Shown: in pieces, positions 58,240-64,000 of the stretch
Numbering within the stretch: position 1 is the first letter of the stretch
Layout: the number at the start of each line of letters is the position of its first letter
From: Burkholderiales bacterium
GTDB lineage: Bacteria; Pseudomonadota; Gammaproteobacteria; Burkholderiales; SG8-41
Direction: 5' to 3'
NCBI GenBank assembly: GCA_035456985.1
Contig: DATICE010000162.1
Span: 56,075-120,074, forward strand
Length of the DNA: 64,000 nt
Notes under the pieces: generated by a model
Databases searched by the model: none
What the model was told of the DNA's origin: nothing
The model's input: only the letters and a program-made list of their open reading frames with translations
Program-made: the position numbers and the translations under genes

Positions 58240-58486
58240 ACTCGATCCCTTAACTTGTTGATTTCATTGAGCCTGCTGGACGGCCAGGCCCCCCTTGTCG
58301 CGACCTCCGACCTTTAACATAACGCGCAAAGCGAATTTGCGCTGACGCGTTCCCCTCAGGCGGACCGCCAGCGAGTCGCCGCATGTCGTCAAACAGGCGT
58401 TTGCTCTCGCGGACGCTCTGCGCCGGCGTATTGCCGCTGACGAGGAGCGACCCATTCAGAACGCTCAAGTACGCAGCCTGTCCAAT

Positions 58487-59986
58487 ATGTTGACCTATCG
58501 CAAACTGTGCCGTAATTTTCGCGGTAGTTTAAGACGTGCGGGCCAGCAACCAGAGGCAGCTCCGATTCCGGACATAAAAATAAGCCAGGCCGCCAGCACC
58601 TCCCTCTCCGCGCTCGACCGGCTGCGCCACTGGTGGCAGCGGATCGCGGCGGCGGTGCTGCCGGGGCCGGGCGCGGACGATGCTGGCCGCGAGGTCGTGC
58701 ACACCCCCGGCGAAGTGAAGCCGCTGCTCGAGCAGAGCCGGGTGCAGCGCGGCGGGGAAGCCTCGACGCGCGATCGCGCCGCGCGGATCGCGGCGATCTA
58801 CCGCGACGCCAACCTCGCGCAGCGCGCCGAGATCCTCGACCTCATCACGCACGAATTTGCGCCCGGTCGCGACGACCTGGAACAGGCGATCGTTGCCATG
58901 CAGGCCGCGGCCGATGACGCCGAGCTCTCGCGGGCGGAGGCGCGGCTGCGCGTCGCGTTGAACGCCCCGCGGGCGAAATTCTTCACCCAGTTCAACCTGC
59001 TGCCCGAGGGCGTGAAGTTCCTGGTGGACCTGCGCGCGGATCTCCTCGCGGCGTTGCCGAAGGCGCCGGCGCTCGAAGTGCTCAAGGTCGAGCTCGACGG
59101 GCTACTCGAGAACTGGTTCGACCCGGGCTTTCTCGAATTGCGCCGGATCACCTGGAATTCGCCGGCGCTCGTACTCGAGAAGCTGATCGCCTACGAAGCG
59201 GTCCACCCGATCCAGTCGTGGAACGATTTGAGAAACCGGCTCGATACCGACCGCCGCTGCTACGCGTTCTTCCACCCGCGCATGCCCAACGAGCCGCTGA
59301 TCTTCGTCGAGATTGCACTCACGCGCGGCCTGCCCGGGAGCGTTCAGCTTCTGCTCGACCAGGGCGCGCCCGTCCAGAATCCGCTCGCCGCCGATACCGC
59401 CGTTTTCTATTCGATCTCGAATACCCAGAAGGGCCTGCGCGGGGTGAGTCTCGGCAATCTCCTGCTGAAGCGCGTGATCGAGGACCTGCGGCGCGACCTG
59501 CCGCAGCTCGGCGTCTTCACCACGCTCTCGCCGCTACCCGGCTTCCGCAAGTGGCTCGACCAGGCGCTTGCCGAGAAGCTGCCCCTGCTGGGGGAACAGG
59601 ACCTCGCAAGGCTCGCCGAGTCGCTGGGGCACCCCGAGCCGGCGGACGCGCTCGCCGACACGCTGGCGCGCCCCGAATGGCCGATCGATGCGCGGCTGGG
59701 CGAAGCGCTGCGCGAGCCCATGGAGAAGCTTGCCGCGCGCTACCTGCTCCGCGAAAAGTCGGGCCCGAACCTGCTCGATCCGGTCGCGCATTTCCACCTC
59801 ACGAACGGTGCGCTGGTAAGCCGCATCTACTGGCTCGCCGACACCTCCGCCCACGGCATGGAGCAGTCCTACGGCATGATGGTGAGCTACCGCTACGAGC
59901 TCTCCGAGGTGGAGGAAAACCACGAGCGGTTCCAGCGCGACGGCCACATCGCGGCGGCGCGGCGGATGCACAAGCTGCTCGATTGA
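58487..59986 (+). CDS. Malonyl-CoA decarboxylase family protein
   Basis: 499-aa ORF reading FFHPRMPNEPLIFVEIALT..FYSISNTQKGLRGVSLGNLLLKRV..FTTLSPLPGFRKWL..HFHLTNGA. The start is uncertain. Confidence 0.85.
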   Translation: MLTYRKLCRNFRGSLRRAGQQPEAAPIPDIKISQAASTSLSALDRLRHWWQRIAAAVLPGPGADDAGREVVHTPGEVKPLLEQSRVQRGGEASTRDRAARIAAIYRDANLAQRAEILDLITHEFAPGRDDLEQAIVAMQAAADDAELSRAEARLRVALNAPRAKFFTQFNLLPEGVKFLVDLRADLLAALPKAPALEVLKVELDGLLENWFDPGFLELRRITWNSPALVLEKLIAYEAVHPIQSWNDLRNRLDTDRRCYAFFHPRMPNEPLIFVEIALTRGLPGSVQLLLDQGAPVQNPLAADTAVFYSISNTQKGLRGVSLGNLLLKRVIEDLRRDLPQLGVFTTLSPLPGFRKWLDQALAEKLPLLGEQDLARLAESLGHPEPADALADTLARPEWPIDARLGEALREPMEKLAARYLLREKSGPNLLDPVAHFHLTNGALVSRIYWLADTSAHGMEQSYGMMVSYRYELSEVEENHERFQRDGHIAAARRMHKLLD

Positions 59987-60139
59987 CGGCGCGGCTCGCA
60001 GGTCGCGTTCGACTCACTCGCCTCCGGGCACACCCCGAATTTCGCTGTAATCTCCCGCGCGCAGGGCGGCTGACCGGCGCTGCCGGTATCAAGCGATCGC
60101 CGCCTGATCCCATTGAAGGATAACAAGCACCGGCACAAA

Positions 60140-60319
60140 ATGACGCCGTACAATCGGAGGTTTCGGACAACTACTGAGGAAAATCACGGGGAAGTTTGGT
60201 ATTTCCGGGAGAACCCGCAGGCCGAACCTCATTCCAACGCCATGGCCGTAGTCGAGCTTGTCATGAAGCACCGGCTGCCGATCAGCATGTCCAAAAGACC
60301 GAATTTTTTTATTATGTGA
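60140..60319 (+). CDS. Hypothetical 59-aa ORF in an AT-richer islet (may be non-coding)
   Basis: MTPYNRRFRTTTEENHGEVWYFRENPQAEPHSNAMAVVELVMKHRLPISMSKRPNFFIM. Its codon usage is atypical for this window and I recognise no family. The track lists it from an alternative start at 60113. Confidence 0.2.
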   Translation: MTPYNRRFRTTTEENHGEVWYFRENPQAEPHSNAMAVVELVMKHRLPISMSKRPNFFIM

Positions 60320-60404
60320 CCGCAATGGCAGGTTAAGGCAACGTATGTCCTAACTGGTCAGTTCGGTGCGGACGGGCCGTTAGTGAGCTAATGGAGCTTA
60401 GACG

Positions 60405-61442
60405 ATGACACTGCAACAACTCCTGGGGATCGAGCTGCCGATCATTCAGGCGCCGATGGCGGGTGTGCAAGGTCACGCACTGACAGTGGCGGTTTCCAAC
60501 TCGGGCGGCCTGGGCTCATTACCCTGCGCCATGCTGGATATCGACGCGATGCGCAGGGAACTGCAGGCCATCAAGGCGCAGACGGGCAAGCCCGTCAACG
60601 TGGGTTTCTTTTGCCACACACCACCCGTGCCGGACGCCGAGCGCGAAGCGGCCTGGCGGGCGGCGCTCACGCCCTATTACAACGAGTTCGAAATAGACCC
60701 GGCCAACATTCCCGCCGGCGCCGGGCGCATGCCGTTCGGTGCAGAGGCTGCCGACGTGCTGGGCGAATTCAAGCCCGCCGTGGTCAGCTTTCACTTTGGT
60801 TTGCCGTCGGCCGAACTGCTGGCACGAGTGAGAGCGTGGGGCCCGAAAATTCTCGCGTCGGCAACAACGGTTGAAGAGGCGCGCTGGCTCGAAGCGCGTG
60901 GAGTTAACGTCATCATCGCACAAGGCATCGAGGCGGGCGGACATCGCGGGATTTTCCTGTCGGACGATCTGACCTCCCAGGTCGGCACGTTTGCACTGTT
61001 GCCGCAGATCGTGCGGGCAGTCAGGGTCCCGGTCGTTGCCGCTGGCGGCATCGCGGATGCGAAAGGTGTTGCGGCTGCCATCGCGCTCGGCGCCGCCGGT
61101 GTTCAGTCGGGAACGGCGTACTTGCTGTGCCCAGAGGCAACCACAAGCGCCGTGCATCGCGCCGCGCTGAAGAGCGAGGCCGCCCGCCATACGGCGCTCA
61201 CGAACCTTTTCACCGGCCGACCCGCGCGCGGAATCGTAAACCGGATCATGAGAGAGCTTGGCCCGATAAGCAGCGTCGCGCCGGCTTTTCCCCTGGCCCC
61301 CGCCGCCCTTGCGCCCTTGCGCGCCAGAGCCGAAAGCAGAGGCTCCGGCGATTTCTCGCCCCTGTGGTCTGGCCAGAACGCAAGCGGATGCAAGGAAATC
61401 CCGGCCGCCCAGCTGACTCGTGAATTGGCCGCCTACATCTAG
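60405..61442 (+). CDS. Nitronate monooxygenase (NMO / 2-nitropropane dioxygenase family)
   Basis: 345-aa ORF reading IIQAPMAGVQG..VIIAQGIEAGGHRG..PVVAAGGIADAKG. Confidence 0.85.
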   Translation: MTLQQLLGIELPIIQAPMAGVQGHALTVAVSNSGGLGSLPCAMLDIDAMRRELQAIKAQTGKPVNVGFFCHTPPVPDAEREAAWRAALTPYYNEFEIDPANIPAGAGRMPFGAEAADVLGEFKPAVVSFHFGLPSAELLARVRAWGPKILASATTVEEARWLEARGVNVIIAQGIEAGGHRGIFLSDDLTSQVGTFALLPQIVRAVRVPVVAAGGIADAKGVAAAIALGAAGVQSGTAYLLCPEATTSAVHRAALKSEAARHTALTNLFTGRPARGIVNRIMRELGPISSVAPAFPLAPAALAPLRARAESRGSGDFSPLWSGQNASGCKEIPAAQLTRELAAYI

Positions 61443-61464
61443 CGGCCAGCAAGGTCGAGATCAG

Positions 61465-61932
61465 GTGGCGATCCACCTCGTACAGCCACGCTCGGACGAC
61501 GAATGGAGGAACGCGCGGCGCCTTATCGAAGAGTACGCGGCGACTCTGGACCTGGACCTGTCGTTCCAGAACATCGCATACGAACTGGAGCATCTTGCGA
61601 TCGAATACGGCCCACCCGCAGGAGCGTTCTTTCTTGCCGAAGAGAACGGGTCGTATCTCGGCTGCGTCGGCCTGCGACAGTTCTCCGGCGGGGTAGGCGA
61701 GATCAAGCGCCTGTACACGATCCCCGCTGCACGGGGCCGCGGGCTGGGACGCCTTCTCGCCGAGAAGATCGTGGCTGCAGGCAGGGTGCTCGGGTATCGG
61801 CGCTTGCTTCTTGATACGCTGCCGACCATGAAAGAGGCTCAATCCCTCTACGTGTCCCTGGGCTTCAAGCCGACCGCGGCGTATCGATTCAACCCGGTCG
61901 CGGGGACCGCTTTCCTCGAATTGGAGCTATGA
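61465..61932 (+). CDS. GNAT-family N-acetyltransferase
   Basis: Motifs GCVGLRQFSGGVGEIKRLYTIPAARGRGLGRLLAEKIV..LLLDTLPTMKEAQSLYVSLGF. I chose the start at GTG 61465 after the NMO stop. The track start at 61420 overlaps NMO. Confidence 0.8.
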   Translation: MAIHLVQPRSDDEWRNARRLIEEYAATLDLDLSFQNIAYELEHLAIEYGPPAGAFFLAEENGSYLGCVGLRQFSGGVGEIKRLYTIPAARGRGLGRLLAEKIVAAGRVLGYRRLLLDTLPTMKEAQSLYVSLGFKPTAAYRFNPVAGTAFLELEL

Positions 61933-62921
61933 TGAACACGGAGGGAGGAGAAGCAATGCGAAATTACTGGCTGAGGACTGCGCTTTCCGCGCTCTTGCTC
62001 GCGGCGGGCGGTGCGCACGCCCAGCAGGATTACCCGACGAAGCCGATCCGGCTGATCGTCCCATTCCCGGCCGGCGGCCAGACCGACATCGTGGTGCGAA
62101 CGCTGGCGCATAAACTGACCGAGACCTTAAAGCAGCAGGTGGTGGTGGACAACCGCGCTGGCGGCGGGGGCACCATCGGCGCCGAAATCGCGGTCAAGAC
62201 AACCCCCGACGGCTACTCGTTTGTCGCCGTATCGACCAGCTACGCCTCGAACGCGGCGCTCTACAAGCTGCCCTACGATCCGCTCAAGGACATGGTGCCG
62301 ATCGCGATGATCGGCGAGATCGCCAACCTGATGACGGTCAATCCGTCGAGTTCCTACGCGAGCGTCAAGGAGCTGATCGCATACGCCAAGGCGAATCCCG
62401 GCAAGCTCAATTACGGCTCCGGCGGCGTCGGCAGCGGCAACCACCTCGCGACCGAGCTCTTCAACCAGATGACCGGCACCCAGATGACGCACGTGCCGTA
62501 CAAGGGAGCCACCTCCGCGGCAAGCGACCTGATGAGCGGACAGATCCAGCTCATCGTCGGCGGCCTTCCGGGGCTGATCCCGCATGTCAAATCAAAGCGG
62601 CTGCGCGGCATCGGGGTGACGAGCGACAAGCGCTCGAGCGCCCTGCCCGAAATCCCGACTGTGGCCGAAACCGTGCCGGGTTATGTCGCCGTGAGCTGGG
62701 CGGCCATCCTGGGCCCGAAAGGCCTGCCCAAGAGTATCGTCGCGCGCTGGAACAGCGATATCAACCGCATCCTGGAGCTACCTGACGTGAAGGCGCGCAT
62801 GACGGCCGACGGCCTGGAGCTCATCGGCGGCCCGCCGGAGCTGCTCGGCGACAGGCTCAAACGCGACGTCGCGATGTGGCAAAAAGTGGTCAGGACCGCC
62901 AACATCAAGCTTGGAGGCTGA
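61929..62921 (+). CDS. Bug-family TTT periplasmic substrate-binding protein
   Basis: 330-aa ORF with a signal peptide followed by AQQDYPTKPIRLIVPFPAGGQTD. ATGA overlap with the GNAT stop. Confidence 0.85.
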   Translation: MMNTEGGEAMRNYWLRTALSALLLAAGGAHAQQDYPTKPIRLIVPFPAGGQTDIVVRTLAHKLTETLKQQVVVDNRAGGGGTIGAEIAVKTTPDGYSFVAVSTSYASNAALYKLPYDPLKDMVPIAMIGEIANLMTVNPSSSYASVKELIAYAKANPGKLNYGSGGVGSGNHLATELFNQMTGTQMTHVPYKGATSAASDLMSGQIQLIVGGLPGLIPHVKSKRLRGIGVTSDKRSSALPEIPTVAETVPGYVAVSWAAILGPKGLPKSIVARWNSDINRILELPDVKARMTADGLELIGGPPELLGDRLKRDVAMWQKVVRTANIKLGG

Positions 62922-62950
62922 CACCGCCTCACCTCGGCGCGAGAGCTTCC

Positions 62951-63898
62951 TCAGGCTTTCAGGAACTCGTCCAGCACCGCGCACCACGCCGCCGCCAGGT
63001 TGCCGCGGTGGTAGCCGCCGCCTCCGAAGCCCATGATGCGCCCGCCGCAGAACTCGTTCGCGAGCGCGCACAGGCGCCGCGCCGCGTGCGCGTGCGCCGC
63101 CGGCGTGTACTGCAGCATCGCCAACGGATCGCCCGCGAGGCTGTCGGCGCCGCATTGGAACAGGATGAACTCGGGCTTCCCCCCGCGCACGTGCGCCTCG
63201 ACTGCTTCCCACACCTTCTTGAACTCCCGGTCGCCCATGCCCGGCAGCAGCGGCACGTTGAGCTTCGTTCCCTTTGCCGCGCCCTTCCCAATCTCGTGCA
63301 CGTGGCCGGTGCCAGGGTAGAGCGTGCGCCCGTCCTGGTGGACGTCGGCGTAGATGAGATCCGGGTCCTCCTCGTAGGGATAGTAGAGGCCGTCGCCGTG
63401 ATGGACGTCGATGTCCACGTAAGCGATGCGCCGGATATCGAACTGCTCCCGCAGCGTATCGATCACGACACCCACGTCGTTGAATACGCAGAAACCCGCG
63501 GCCGATCCCGGACGCGCGTGGTGGAGGCCCCCGATCGGCTGGAACGTGCGCACCGCCCCGCCGCTAATGATCGAGTCGAGCCCGTGCAGGGCCGAGCCCG
63601 CCACCGTCGCCGCAGCCTCGTAGATGCCCGGGCAGGCCGGGGTGTCACCGTAATCAATGGCGCCGTACCCCTCCTCGGATTTTTCCTTCACCCAGGCGAC
63701 GTGCTCGGGCGTGTGGAAGCGGTGCAGCTCCTCTTTCGCCGCCATCCGCGGGTCGGCGATCGCGGCGCGCTTGTCGAGCCCCTGCTTCACCGCTTCCTTC
63801 CAGAACGCTTCCTGCCGGTCCGGGCCGAACGGGTGGCCGTGGGGAAAGCCGTACTTCCCGAGCGATTCCCCGACGTAAAGCTTGACCTCGTTTTTCAT
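62951..63898 (-). CDS. Histone deacetylase-family (AcuC/acetylpolyamine amidohydrolase-like) zinc hydrolase
   Basis: 315-aa ORF reading GGLHHARPGSAAGFCVFND..IAYVDIDVHHGDG..GGGGY. Confidence 0.85.
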   Translation of the reverse strand: MKNEVKLYVGESLGKYGFPHGHPFGPDRQEAFWKEAVKQGLDKRAAIADPRMAAKEELHRFHTPEHVAWVKEKSEEGYGAIDYGDTPACPGIYEAAATVAGSALHGLDSIISGGAVRTFQPIGGLHHARPGSAAGFCVFNDVGVVIDTLREQFDIRRIAYVDIDVHHGDGLYYPYEEDPDLIYADVHQDGRTLYPGTGHVHEIGKGAAKGTKLNVPLLPGMGDREFKKVWEAVEAHVRGGKPEFILFQCGADSLAGDPLAMLQYTPAAHAHAARRLCALANEFCGGRIMGFGGGGYHRGNLAAAWCAVLDEFLKA

Positions 63899-63919
63899 GC
63901 CGTACTCACGATAAACCCA

Positions 63920-64000
63920 TCACCCATCACCGAAAAGCGACAGCTGCCCCGCTCGCCCGGGCCCGCGGAATTGCGTGGTATCGAGCGTCTTGTTGCGCGA
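63920..64000 (-). CDS. 3' end (26 codons) of an unidentified gene entering from the right window edge
   Basis: The minus-strand frame is open from position 64000 and reads SRNKTLDTTQFRGPGRAGQLSLFGDG, then stops. The stop lies inside a GGGTGAT heptamer repeat. It is too short to assign. Confidence 0.3.
   Translation of the reverse strand, partial: SRNKTLDTTQFRGPGRAGQLSLFGDG

Noticed and set aside
58240-58486. Possible Pho box upstream of psiF, and the small hairpin GCGCAAA-GCGAA-TTTGCGC (about 58323..58341)
   Set aside because: I could not find a convincing match to the CTGTCAT-type Pho box tandem repeats. The hairpin is short and isolated. There is not enough evidence to call a regulatory site.

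Overview
This is a high-GC chromosomal segment. Its gene content and synteny look betaproteobacterial, probably Burkholderiales-like: four Bug-family TTT solute-binding proteins, hda-purMN, pcnB-folK-panBC, and yajC-secDF-tgt-queA. I can support about 63 protein-coding genes, one tRNA-Leu(CAA), several hairpin terminators and a family of short intergenic repeats. I found no rRNA, CRISPR array, transposase, integrase, phage gene or recognisable defence gene.

The content is mostly housekeeping:
- GlgE alpha-glucan pathway (glgB-glgE-treS)
- purB, purM and purN
- panB, panC, folK and pcnB
- secD, secF and yajC
- tgt and queA
- rpmB, rpmG, radC, coaBC and dut
- greB
- small catabolic cassettes, each carrying an orphan Bug binding protein

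The observations I rate highest are:
1. **Likely selenoprotein.** Two ORF-track entries on the minus strand (21595..21822 and 21835..22125) are one gene interrupted by a single in-frame TGA. Read-through gives a U-G-S-C redox-type motif, and a perfect SECIS-like hairpin follows the TGA. The gene is the last of a tight three-gene operon with a PrpD/MmgE-like protein and an uncharacterised 342-aa protein.
2. **Interleaved lutABC operon.** An eight-gene minus-strand operon has lutA, lutB and lutC separated by a ketopantoate-reductase-like gene, an enolase-superfamily gene and a methylmalonate-semialdehyde-dehydrogenase-like gene. A Bug binding protein and a lipoprotein hydrolase precede them.
3. 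**Heptamer repeats.** A dispersed set of 7-nt-period tandem repeats (core GTGAG/GTGAC/CTGAC) fills short intergenic spacers. They often overlap stop codons and place TGA/TAA in all three frames.

Many long ORF-track entries are antisense shadow ORFs or artificial N-terminal extensions typical of high-GC DNA, and I trimmed or rejected them. All functional calls rest on reading the translated sequences against remembered family motifs. No database search was run.
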